A stretch of 64,000 nucleotides of DNA. Origin: a bacterium (lineage in GTDB: Bacteria; Electryoneota; RPQS01). Numbering within the stretch: position 1 is the stretch's first letter; every line of letters begins with the position of its first letter. The stretch spans positions 4,957 through 68,956 of the forward strand of contig JAHDVH010000002.1 of NCBI GenBank assembly GCA_023382385.1, in the 5' to 3' direction. The notes under the pieces are model-generated. The model was not told the origin of the DNA, ran no database searches, and saw nothing but the letters and a program-made list of their open reading frames with translations. The translations under genes and the position numbers were made by a program. Shown here one piece after another: positions 47,323 through 55,954 of this stretch.

Positions 47323-49746
47323 ATGATGAAGAAACTCCTCTTTACGCTTTTCCTCGCCACTCAAGCCTGGGCGATTCCACAACTTATCAACTATCAAGGT
47401 CAACTTACGTCGTCTTCCGGGTCGCCATTGGATACGACAGTGGTCATGACCTTTCGTTTGTATAGTGCAGCCAGTGGCGGCACGGCGGGCTGGACAGAAA
47501 CTCATCCGAGTGTTGCAGTCACGGGCGGCTTGTTTCATGTCTTGCTCGGTTCAGTAGTAACGTTACCCGATTCCTTTGCAGTCAATCGTTGGCTGGGCAT
47601 CACGATTGGAGCAGACACGGAGATGAGTCCGCGCCAGCAAGTCGTCTCTGTTGCGCATGCGTATCGCGTGGGAACGGTCGATGGAGCGAGCGGCGGAACC
47701 ATAACTGGTAATTTGAATGTTGCCGGCAAAGGAAACATCGGCTCCGGAAATTCAAATTCGGGCAATCAGGCGTTTGTTGCGGGGCAGAACAACAGTGCCT
47801 CTGGAAACCACTCCGTCGTGAGCGGCGGTTCGGCGAATACTGCCACAGGACCCGGCTCTTCAGTGGGCGGCGGCACCAGCAATACGGTGGAAGGCGGTTG
47901 GGCTGTGATTGGCGGCGGCGATTCAAACGTCGGACAGGGAGTCTGGTCGGTCGTGGCCGGTGGATTCGAGAATACCGCGTCAGAAGTATCAAGCGTAGTC
48001 AGTGGCGGCAGTGGAAACCACGCTAACGGCGAATGGAGCGTTGTTGGTGGCGGCAGCGCCAATCGCGCGGATAGCATTGCGATTGTCGGCGGTGGACTCA
48101 GTAATCTTGCCGCAGGTCCCTACTCCTTTGTGGGCGGCGGCTACATCAACAGAGCATCAGGGCGCTCCAGCACGGTCGGCGGAGGGCAAGAGAACCAGGC
48201 CGCAGGAATCTTCAGTACTGCTGCTGGAGGAGACAGCAACAACGTTTACGGAGCGTTCGGCTTCAACGGTGGCGGCCAGCTGAATGCGGTGGCAGATTCG
48301 TTCGCCGCACTCGCCGGAGGGCGGCATAATCGCGCAAGGGGCAAGTACAGCTTCGTTGGTGGAGGTGGTGGACCAACGCTGTCCGATTCAAACAGCGCAC
48401 GCGGGAGTTGGTCGGCGATTGTCGGGGGAAGCGGCAACAACGTGTCGCAGAACTATGGTTTCATCGGTTCAGGACAAGCCAACATTGTGACGGCGTCACA
48501 TTCGGCGATTCTTGGAGGAAACTTCAATCAAGCCACCGCGGTCCGATCTGGCATAGTTGGAGGAGACAGCAATATCGTCAGCGGCCAAGAGAGCTTCGTC
48601 GGCGGAGGCAACCTGAACCTTGCTCGAGGCGCCAGAAATTCAATTGTCGGGGGACAAAACAACTCCTTGAGTTCCATTTCAGAAGCATCGTTTATTGGTG
48701 GAGGTAATGGGAATTACATAGACTCGTATTATTCAGTCATCGCCGGTGGTGACAGTAACATCGTGGACCTTGGAGGTACTTACGGCTTTATCGGCACAGG
48801 GAAATCAAACTATGTGGGGGGGAATAGAGGTGGTATTGTCTCGGGTTTCGACAACACCGTAACATTTGGTTCTTCCAACTCATTTGTTGGAGGTGGTTCC
48901 GGCAACAGGGTCGAATCGCCGAATTCTGTAATTTGCGGTGGAGTGGGTAATATCGTTGACGGCGCGATTGGCACATCCTTTATCGGCAGCGGCACGTCAA
49001 ATAGTGTTCTCACGAACGGTTCCGCAATCGCCGGCGGATATAGCAATACTATTACTGGCGCTGGCGGCGCAATTTGCGCTGGATACCAGAATGTTGTGTC
49101 AGGCAGCTATGGATTTGTAGGCAGCGGCTTGTCTAATGTTGTAAGTGGATCCTCTGCTGTTGTGCCTGGAGGGACCGCAAATGAGGCCTCAACGTCCAAT
49201 TCATTTGCAGCAGGCCAAAACGCGCGCGCCAGACACTCCAACAGTTTTGTTTGGGGAAGCTCCGGAACTGACAGTACAGTCTCTGTGAGCACAGGATCTT
49301 TTGTCGCTCGCGCATCCGGCGGCGCACGATTTTACTCAGAATCCACTGGAACATCGGCGGGAGTAACTTTAGCCGCTGGCGGCGGCGCATGGAACTCGAT
49401 TTCTGATTCAACAGTGAAGCGGCGTCTTGGCCAAGTCAACACGGCGGAAATACTGTCAAGAGTCATTGAGCTTCCAATTGAGCGTTGGAGCTATTTGTCT
49501 CAGCCTGAAGACATTCAACATATCGGACCAATGGCACAGGACTTTCATGCCGCTTTTGGTGTGGGTGACGATGAAAGAACGATTTCTACGCTTGATCCTG
49601 ACGGCGTCGCACTGGCGGCGATACAGGAACTGGCAAAACTCAATCAACAAAAGGACGCTAAGATCTCCGACCTTGAAGGTCGCATCAGAATGCTCGAAGA
49701 GGCGATTCTGCAATTTGGCAATCTTGGTCAAACAGATAAGCAGTAA
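47323..49746 (+). CDS. Fibre-like secreted protein paralog 3 (same architecture as paralog 2, S74 C-terminal domain)
   Basis: Signal peptide MMKKLLFTLFLATQAWA. IPQLINYQGQLTSSSG N-domain with a ~100-nt near-identical stretch to paralog 2. Gly-rich ~15-aa repeats. C-terminal SDSTVKRRLGQV...HIGPMAQDF...LDPDGVALAAIQELAK. Confidence 0.8.
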   Translation: MMKKLLFTLFLATQAWAIPQLINYQGQLTSSSGSPLDTTVVMTFRLYSAASGGTAGWTETHPSVAVTGGLFHVLLGSVVTLPDSFAVNRWLGITIGADTEMSPRQQVVSVAHAYRVGTVDGASGGTITGNLNVAGKGNIGSGNSNSGNQAFVAGQNNSASGNHSVVSGGSANTATGPGSSVGGGTSNTVEGGWAVIGGGDSNVGQGVWSVVAGGFENTASEVSSVVSGGSGNHANGEWSVVGGGSANRADSIAIVGGGLSNLAAGPYSFVGGGYINRASGRSSTVGGGQENQAAGIFSTAAGGDSNNVYGAFGFNGGGQLNAVADSFAALAGGRHNRARGKYSFVGGGGGPTLSDSNSARGSWSAIVGGSGNNVSQNYGFIGSGQANIVTASHSAILGGNFNQATAVRSGIVGGDSNIVSGQESFVGGGNLNLARGARNSIVGGQNNSLSSISEASFIGGGNGNYIDSYYSVIAGGDSNIVDLGGTYGFIGTGKSNYVGGNRGGIVSGFDNTVTFGSSNSFVGGGSGNRVESPNSVICGGVGNIVDGAIGTSFIGSGTSNSVLTNGSAIAGGYSNTITGAGGAICAGYQNVVSGSYGFVGSGLSNVVSGSSAVVPGGTANEASTSNSFAAGQNARARHSNSFVWGSSGTDSTVSVSTGSFVARASGGARFYSESTGTSAGVTLAAGGGAWNSISDSTVKRRLGQVNTAEILSRVIELPIERWSYLSQPEDIQHIGPMAQDFHAAFGVGDDERTISTLDPDGVALAAIQELAKLNQQKDAKISDLEGRIRMLEEAILQFGNLGQTDKQ

Positions 49747-49757
49747 GGATACAAACA

Positions 49758-50219
49758 ATGAACAAAACTCTTCTGTTACTCCTCCTCCCTGCCTTACTAT
49801 TGGCACAGTCAGAGAGCGAGAATTTCGTCTTGACAAAGTCTGTGGTCAACGCTGGCGGCGGCGGCGCAAGTTCCGCGAATTTCAATCTCGTTTCTTCGTT
49901 CGGCCAGCCGACGCCGGTAGGTGTGCAATCGAGCGAGAACTTCACGCTCTTTGCAGGTTTCCTGTCGCCGACTCTGTCGGTCTCACCCCTGTCGCCGATT
50001 CAACAATTGGTGATCAGGCAGGCACAACCGGACGCCGTACTCTACTGGGAAGAAATTCCCGGAGCAACCAGCTATTCTGTGCATCGCGACGCAGCTTATA
50101 ACTTTTCCCCCGGCCCGGGGAACTTCGTCGGAACCGTTACAGGTACGTCGTTCACAGACACAAATGTGCTGTCAGGGCCGGCCATCCAGCAGTACTACAT
50201 AGTCATCGTGAACAGGTAG
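49758..50219 (+). CDS. Small secreted protein with triple SxNFxL motif and C-terminal FN3-like module; last gene of the fibre operon
   Basis: Signal peptide MNKTLLLLLLPALLLAQS. Three repeats of the motif: SENFVLTKS..., SANFNLVSSFGQP..., SENFTLFAGF. C terminus VLYWEEIPGATSYSVHR...QQYYIVIVNR. Only 12 nt separate it from paralog 3. Confidence 0.6.
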   Translation: MNKTLLLLLLPALLLAQSESENFVLTKSVVNAGGGGASSANFNLVSSFGQPTPVGVQSSENFTLFAGFLSPTLSVSPLSPIQQLVIRQAQPDAVLYWEEIPGATSYSVHRDAAYNFSPGPGNFVGTVTGTSFTDTNVLSGPAIQQYYIVIVNR

Positions 50220-50276
50220 CTAAACCATTGACGGTCGAACTCGAAAGCTTGTCGTCACAATTAGAACCAAATGCAA

Positions 50277-50303
50277 GGGCTGCCCGCGAGGCAGCCCTTT
50301 TCA
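50277..50303 (+). terminator. Rho-independent terminator closing the fibre operon
   Basis: Hairpin gggctgcc-cgcga-ggcagccc followed by TTTTCAAC. Confidence 0.6.
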
Positions 50304-50323
50304 ACATAGTGCGAATCAGGGTG

Positions 50324-51211
50324 CTACATGGCGTCATAAGCAGGTTTGAGCGCATTCACCGCAAAGTCTTCAAATTTCGTTGAAGTGGTGGATTCCGCAT
50401 TGCGTTTGTAGTCCAAGAGTCCCGAATTGAATCCGGAGTATAACTCGCAGAACAAATCCGCGATCTTTTCTGGCACACCGGCTCCCACCAGCCCTTGCTT
50501 CATCTGCTCGAGCGTAAACTCAACGTAGGGCAACTCCTTAATGCCGAGAGTTGAACCAAGGATCTTCGCAACCTCTGCTCCGGCAATATCCCGCGGACCC
50601 AGCACGTACTGCACGTTCTTTCCATTAAAATTCAGAGCCGTTAGTCGCTTGGCTGCATAGTGACCGATGTCCGCCGTTGCTACAAATGGCCACAGAGCCT
50701 CTGCGGGACATGCCGCGCCGTAGATTCCCATCTTCTTGATGAGGCCAAGCGAGCCGAACGTATTCTCCATGAAAAACCCCGCGCGCAAATGCAGCGTGTT
50801 GAGATCCGGAATACCGTCCAACTGCTTCTCCAGGTAATGAAGTCCGTTGACAGGTCCGACACCTGTGGCATGATTCGCACCGATACTGCTGAGCGAAACG
50901 ACGTGCTGCACCCCGACCGACGCCAGCGCATCGCACAGGTTGTCCGTCACCTCGTCCTGATACCTGCGAAAATCTGCGGTTCCGAAATTGGGCGGAATCA
51001 TAACATAAGCAGCTCGTGATCCGTCCAAAGAACGCTTCAATGCTTCCTGATTCAAGATGTCGGCTTCAAAAGCATCTGCACCGTGTGCCGATAAACTTGC
51101 AAGTTTGTCTTTTGTGCGCGCGACGGCCCGCACTTTATGTCCTGCTTTCAGCAAGTCTTCAACGACTAATCGCCCCGTGTTGCCGGTCGCACCGATTACA
51201 GTGTATTGCAT
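50324..51211 (-). CDS. NmrA-like NAD(P)-binding protein (atypical SDR)
   Basis: N-terminal Rossmann motif VIGATGNTGRLVVEDLLKAGHKV. About 295 aa. ATG at 51211 (the ORF-track start at 51229 would overlap the upstream gene). Confidence 0.7.
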   Translation of the reverse strand: MQYTVIGATGNTGRLVVEDLLKAGHKVRAVARTKDKLASLSAHGADAFEADILNQEALKRSLDGSRAAYVMIPPNFGTADFRRYQDEVTDNLCDALASVGVQHVVSLSSIGANHATGVGPVNGLHYLEKQLDGIPDLNTLHLRAGFFMENTFGSLGLIKKMGIYGAACPAEALWPFVATADIGHYAAKRLTALNFNGKNVQYVLGPRDIAGAEVAKILGSTLGIKELPYVEFTLEQMKQGLVGAGVPEKIADLFCELYSGFNSGLLDYKRNAESTTSTKFEDFAVNALKPAYDAM

Positions 51212-51225
51212 GGATTCCTCGGCTC

Positions 51226-52710
51226 TCAAGTGAGTGACAACCCGAAAGGATTGATCGGCTTCCCTGTCACGCCGGCGAGGACAGTCTTAGTCTCGAGATA
51301 GCCGTCAAGTGTCTCCATCGCCATTTCCCTTCCGAAGCCCGATTGCTTATACCCTCCGAACGGCAGACCGGGCAGAGCAGTCGCAGGCGTATTGAGTGTG
51401 ACGATTCCGGAGTGCAAACCGCGAATGAATCTCGTTGCGCGCGGCATGCTTTCGGTGTAAAGTGTCGCGCACAAGCCGTATTTCACGGCGTTCGCCTTCG
51501 CCAAAGCCTCATCGTCGCTTTGCACCCTTGAAATCACCACTATCGGTCCGAAAATTTCCTCCTGCACGCAGAGATTGTCTTCGGGCAGGTCCGTAATAAC
51601 GGTCGGTGCGAAGAAGCAACCTTTGTCAAAGATGCCGCCTTTCAGCTGCTCGCCGCCGCACAGAATCTTCCCTCCTCCCTGCTTGGCAGCTTCAACGAAC
51701 TTATGCATGATTGCGAGACGAGAAACATGTGAGAGCGAACCGATGTGCGTACTTTTGTCAAGTGGATCTCCGACGATGAGCTGCTTCGTCGCGGCGATGA
51801 ATTTCTCGACGAAAGCGTCATACTGACTCTCGTGTACATAAATGCGCGAACGCGCATCGCAACTCTGACCTGCGCCGTAGAAGATCGTGTAGACGCTGGA
51901 CAGCACGGCATCGTTCAGGTTGGCATCTTCACAGACAATCGCTGGTGACTTACCGCCTAATTCCAGCATCAGGCGCTTCATGTCATTGGCACATTCCTTC
52001 ATAATGACGCGCCCGGTCTCCGTTCCGCCGGTAAACGTGATCTTGTTGACTGCGGGATGCCTGACCAGTGCCGCGCCGGCGGACTCACCGAGACCGTGCA
52101 CGAGATTGACCGTGCCCTCCGGACACCCTGCTTCATGCAGAATTTCAACCAGCACATTCGCAGAGCATGGCGCGATTTCGGAAGGCTTAAGGACGACCGT
52201 GCAGCCCGCCGCAAGTGCCGGAGCAAGCTTCCACGATTCGAGCATGATGGGATAATTCCACGGCGTAATCGCACCGACCACACCGACGGGTTCGCGCAGC
52301 GTATAGCCGAAGAATACCGGATGGATCGGCGGCACACGGCCTTCAGTTTTGCTGGCCGCGCCGGCGAAATACTCAAAATCCTCGATTGCCTGTTTGACTT
52401 CTCCCATGACGTGCATCACAGGCTTGCCCATGTTGCGCGACTCGAGTTCGGCAATTTCCTTGGCGCGAGCTGCGAGCAATTCTGCAGCTTTAAAGAGAAT
52501 TTTCGTGCGTGCGCTCGCTGTCAGGCGGCCCCACTTGCTGAGAAGAGCGGCACGTGCGGAGGCTACGGCCTTGTCAATATCCTCGGAACCGGAGAGCGGG
52601 ATACTGCCCAGCGCTTCGCCCGTTGCGGGATTCGTCAATGCGAGTGTCTTGCCGCTATGAGCCGGCAGATGCTCGCCGTTGATAATGTTTGGGTAGAGTT
52701 TTTCAGACAT
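51226..52710 (-). CDS. NAD(P)-dependent aldehyde dehydrogenase
   Basis: ALDH family length of about 494 aa. Glu active-site block LELGGKSP. Cys region GQSCDARSRIYV. Glycine-rich NAD-binding segments. Confidence 0.85.
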   Translation of the reverse strand: MSEKLYPNIINGEHLPAHSGKTLALTNPATGEALGSIPLSGSEDIDKAVASARAALLSKWGRLTASARTKILFKAAELLAARAKEIAELESRNMGKPVMHVMGEVKQAIEDFEYFAGAASKTEGRVPPIHPVFFGYTLREPVGVVGAITPWNYPIMLESWKLAPALAAGCTVVLKPSEIAPCSANVLVEILHEAGCPEGTVNLVHGLGESAGAALVRHPAVNKITFTGGTETGRVIMKECANDMKRLMLELGGKSPAIVCEDANLNDAVLSSVYTIFYGAGQSCDARSRIYVHESQYDAFVEKFIAATKQLIVGDPLDKSTHIGSLSHVSRLAIMHKFVEAAKQGGGKILCGGEQLKGGIFDKGCFFAPTVITDLPEDNLCVQEEIFGPIVVISRVQSDDEALAKANAVKYGLCATLYTESMPRATRFIRGLHSGIVTLNTPATALPGLPFGGYKQSGFGREMAMETLDGYLETKTVLAGVTGKPINPFGLSLT

Positions 52711-52756
52711 GTTATTGGGTGATAGGTTGAGGCTGACGCGTTGACTTTAAGAGTCG

Positions 52757-53536
52757 CTAACGTCCCTTAAATTGCGGCTTGCGCTTCTCGTTGAACGCGG
52801 CGACGCCTTCGCGGTAGTCTTCCGTCTTGCCGAGAATATCCTGCAAATACGCCTCGTAGTCGAGCGCCTCGTCAAGGCCTACGGCCGACGACTTGTTGAA
52901 CGCGCGCTTGATGGCACCGATGGCCTTGGTCGGTGAACTCGCATACGTCGTCGCAAGTTCCATTGCAACGCTATCAAGCTTATCATGCTCGACCACTTTA
53001 TCGACGAGATTTAATCGCAGCGCCTCGTCCGCCTTGATCGGACGGCCTGTAGTGCAAATCTCGAATGCCTTGTGGTATCCCAGCAACCGCGGCAGGATCC
53101 ACGTCGATCCCGTATCGGGCACCAACCCGACATTGACAAAGGCTTGCAGCATGGAAGCCTGGTCGGACGCGATCCGAAGGTCACAGGCCAGCGCGAGGGA
53201 CATGCCCGCTCCCGCCGCGACGCCGTTGATCGCGCAAATGACCGGTTTCTCAAGCTCCCGAATGCGCAGGATATTCGGGTTATAGTTGTTACGAAGACGG
53301 TCGGCAAGACTCGTGTTCGGGTCGTCCTTCACTTCCTTCAAGTCCTGTCCGCTGCAAAACGCCTTGCCTGCTCCTGTCAATATCACGCTGCGGACGTCGT
53401 TATCCTTCGCGGCACTCTTCAACGCGTCTGCAAGTTCCTTGTGCATGAGCGCGTTGAATGCATTGAAACGATCCGGCCGGTTCAGCGTAATCTTCAACAC
53501 TGCATCCGTGTGCTCGTAGAGAATGGTTTCGTACAT
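52757..53536 (-). CDS. Enoyl-CoA hydratase/isomerase (crotonase) family protein
   Basis: Crotonase fold signatures (ITLNRPDRFNAFN; ...AINGVAAGAGMSLALACDLRIAS). Confidence 0.8.
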   Translation of the reverse strand: MYETILYEHTDAVLKITLNRPDRFNAFNALMHKELADALKSAAKDNDVRSVILTGAGKAFCSGQDLKEVKDDPNTSLADRLRNNYNPNILRIRELEKPVICAINGVAAGAGMSLALACDLRIASDQASMLQAFVNVGLVPDTGSTWILPRLLGYHKAFEICTTGRPIKADEALRLNLVDKVVEHDKLDSVAMELATTYASSPTKAIGAIKRAFNKSSAVGLDEALDYEAYLQDILGKTEDYREGVAAFNEKRKPQFKGR

Positions 53537-53537
53537 T

Positions 53538-54314
53538 CTAATTCCCCGTAAACTTCGCGGTTCGTTTCTCGATAAAGGCCTTCATACCTTCCTTCTGGTC
53601 TTCTGTGGAAAACAGCAGGTAGAAATTCTTGCGCTCGAACTCCAAACCGTCGAGCAGGAAAGATTCATAATTCTTCAGCACGGCCTCTTTCGCCAAGCGC
53701 ACGGCAACGGGCGACATCTGCGCGATCTCGCGCGCGAGTTTTTGTGCTTCGGACAGATACACTTCGACAGGCACAACACGATTGACAAGCCCCCACGCTT
53801 CGGCCTGCTTCGCGCTGATGAACTTTCCGGTCAACACCATCTCCATTGCCCGCGCCTTGCCGATGATGCGCGTGAGTCTCTGCGTGCCGCCTGCGCCGGG
53901 CATGACGCCAATCTTGATCTCCGGCTGTCCGAACTGCGCAGTCTCACTTGCAATGACCATATCGCAGTGCATCATCAATTCGCAGCCTCCGCCCAGTGCG
54001 AAACCCGACACCGCCGCGATGATCGGCTTCTTGACCTTGCGGATTCTATCCCATTTGGCGAATTGATCGCGGCGCAGCATTTCAGTTGAGTCAGCGTCGG
54101 CCATTTCCATGATGTCGGCTCCGGCCGCAAACGCGCGCTGGTCTCCGGTCAATACTATCGCGCGAATCTCGTCGTCGCTGTCGAGCGTTTCAAGCGTGGC
54201 CACCAGTTCGTCCATCAGCGCCATGTTAAGCGCATTAAGCTGCTTCGGGCGATTCAGAAAGACTGTGGCAACGTGTCCGTCGCGCTCGAGTTTGAGAAAC
54301 TGCAAGTCACTCAT
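53538..54314 (-). CDS. Enoyl-CoA hydratase (crotonase) family protein
   Basis: VFLNRPKQLNALN and AAVSGFALGGGCELMMHCDMVIAS crotonase signatures. 1-nt intergenic gap to the downstream crotonase. Confidence 0.8.
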   Translation of the reverse strand: MSDLQFLKLERDGHVATVFLNRPKQLNALNMALMDELVATLETLDSDDEIRAIVLTGDQRAFAAGADIMEMADADSTEMLRRDQFAKWDRIRKVKKPIIAAVSGFALGGGCELMMHCDMVIASETAQFGQPEIKIGVMPGAGGTQRLTRIIGKARAMEMVLTGKFISAKQAEAWGLVNRVVPVEVYLSEAQKLAREIAQMSPVAVRLAKEAVLKNYESFLLDGLEFERKNFYLLFSTEDQKEGMKAFIEKRTAKFTGN

Positions 54315-54317
54315 GGT

Positions 54318-55163
54318 CTATTTTCTTACCAATCTTTCCCGTACCATTTTGTAATCCGGCTTGCGTTTTTCATTGAATGCTGTTACCGCCTCGCGGACTT
54401 CAGGGGAGCTGGAGTGAACACCGAGCCAGTCGCGTGCGTGCTGAATCGTCTGCGACCACGACGCGTCGCGCCAGTAGTTAAGCTGCGTCTTAAGATAACG
54501 CACGCACTCCGGCAACTTGTTCTCGAGCTTCGTTGCCATTTCCTCAACTGCCTGGTCAAGCTGTGCGCGCGGCACAACCTGATTGACGAGTCCCCATTCG
54601 AGCGCCTTCTGTGCAGGAATCTCTTCGCACAGGAACAGGATCTCCCGCGCGCGACGATCTCCGACGATTATCGGCAGGAATTGCGATGCACCCGCCGCAG
54701 CAACTGATCCGTGAGCCGCGCCAACCTGCCGAATATAGATATCTTCCGCCGCGATCGCAAGATCACAGCTGATATTGAACTCATTGCCGCCACCGACCAC
54801 GATGCCGTTTAACCGTGCGATGGTAGGTTTGCCCAGCGCGCGCAATTTCTCATGAGCGTCAATGAACGCTCCCATCCATTTCCAGTAGTCCTGCGGGCGG
54901 TCGAGAAATTGCAGTTGCTCCTGCAGGTCAGCTCCGGTGCAAAAGGCACGGTCGCCCGCGCCGGAAAGAATCATCACCGCGACTGCGTCATCAAATGCCA
55001 CGTCGTCAAACGCCACGCAAAGCTCTTTCAGCATCGGGTAGTGCACGCAGTTCAGCTTTTCTGGTCGGTTAAACGTCACGTAGGCGCGCGCGCCTTTCTT
55101 CTCATACGTGATGTAATCAAACTTGAAACTCTCCGCAGGGCGTGGCTGAAAGTCCTTTGTCAT
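54318..55163 (-). CDS. Crotonase superfamily protein, MenB/BadI-like (possible ring-cleaving or hydrolytic CoA enzyme)
   Basis: YVTFNRPEKLNCV and ARLNGIVVGGGNEFNISCDLAIAAE motifs. About 280 aa with extra N- and C-terminal segments relative to short crotonases. Confidence 0.7.
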   Translation of the reverse strand: MTKDFQPRPAESFKFDYITYEKKGARAYVTFNRPEKLNCVHYPMLKELCVAFDDVAFDDAVAVMILSGAGDRAFCTGADLQEQLQFLDRPQDYWKWMGAFIDAHEKLRALGKPTIARLNGIVVGGGNEFNISCDLAIAAEDIYIRQVGAAHGSVAAAGASQFLPIIVGDRRAREILFLCEEIPAQKALEWGLVNQVVPRAQLDQAVEEMATKLENKLPECVRYLKTQLNYWRDASWSQTIQHARDWLGVHSSSPEVREAVTAFNEKRKPDYKMVRERLVRK

Positions 55164-55468
55164 GCGCGCGGATCCGTTTCCGCCGTCTGAAACTCGACGA
55201 GTCCCTGGGCAAAGCTCATCAGATTCGCGCCCGCATCCGCCATCTCCTGCGATTTCATGCCCGCCTTGAACGTGTCCTTGTCCGCAAACGAGAGCACCGC
55301 CATCATGTAGTATGGCGCGGGGCCGTTCTTGCCCGGCCAGAATTTATGCGCCTGCAAGCCGAGCAAACCCGGCACTTTCTTGATGAGCGGGATATGTGTT
55401 TCCCAATACGCTTTGTCGAACGCATCGGCATCCTGCGGATGCTTGTAAAAGGCAATGAAATTGACCAT
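55160..55468 (-). CDS. EthD-family/dimeric alpha+beta-barrel small protein (TIGR02118-like)
   Basis: 102 aa. Pattern MVNFIAFYKHP...AFDKAYWETHIPLIKKVPGL typical of the EthD/stress-responsive alpha+beta-barrel family. Overlaps the crotonase gene by 4 nt. Confidence 0.5.
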   Translation of the reverse strand: MVNFIAFYKHPQDADAFDKAYWETHIPLIKKVPGLLGLQAHKFWPGKNGPAPYYMMAVLSFADKDTFKAGMKSQEMADAGANLMSFAQGLVEFQTAETDPRA

Positions 55469-55498
55469 GTCTCTGTTTTTCTATTCTCAATTCGTTGT

Positions 55499-55954
55499 TT
55501 ACTTTTTCAGTTCCCACAGATGGTCCTCAATCCCCCATCCTCCGGCACCGGAACCCCAATCAGGATAAGCACGACGATGAAGCTCTTTGAGTTTGTCGCT
55601 GGACAACACGACCTGATGAACCTCACCCTCACCGATCAGTCGTTCGCCTTGAAACGCTTTCACTTCACAAAAGAGATAGTTCCCGTGCAAGCGCGTGCAC
55701 TCTGCGACGAAGCGCAATTCCTGTCCGATTCCCGCAGGATTGTGGTGGCGGACAAAGACACCTGTGCCGATGCCGTCTTCTCCGTAGTCAAGATGCGGTT
55801 CAAGTACGAGCCGGCTGACATATTCCGAGTGATAGGTCAACCAATAGGTCGAATAGAAGGGGTGCAAGGGCCGTCCTTCGAAATAGACGGTCATTCGCGA
55901 TTCGACCATGAACCGGAATTCAGCGCGGCTGCCGACGGTAAGAGTTGGTTTCAA
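55499..55954 (-). CDS. Hotdog-fold thioesterase family protein
   Basis: About 150 aa. Pattern VGSRAEFRFMV...TVYFEGRPL...FYSTYWLTYHSEYVSR consistent with hotdog acyl-CoA thioesterases. First gene of the minus-strand operon. Confidence 0.5.
   Translation of the reverse strand: MKPTLTVGSRAEFRFMVESRMTVYFEGRPLHPFYSTYWLTYHSEYVSRLVLEPHLDYGEDGIGTGVFVRHHNPAGIGQELRFVAECTRLHGNYLFCEVKAFQGERLIGEGEVHQVVLSSDKLKELHRRAYPDWGSGAGGWGIEDHLWELKK

Noticed and set aside
42526-49746. Possible prophage or tail-fibre module, because of the peptidase-S74 tail-fibre chaperone domains.
   Set aside because: No capsid, terminase, portal, baseplate, integrase or tRNA/attachment signatures anywhere in the 64 kb. The proteins carry Sec signal peptides and a shared non-phage N-domain, and they sit between housekeeping operons. 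I interpret them as chromosomal surface-fibre genes.
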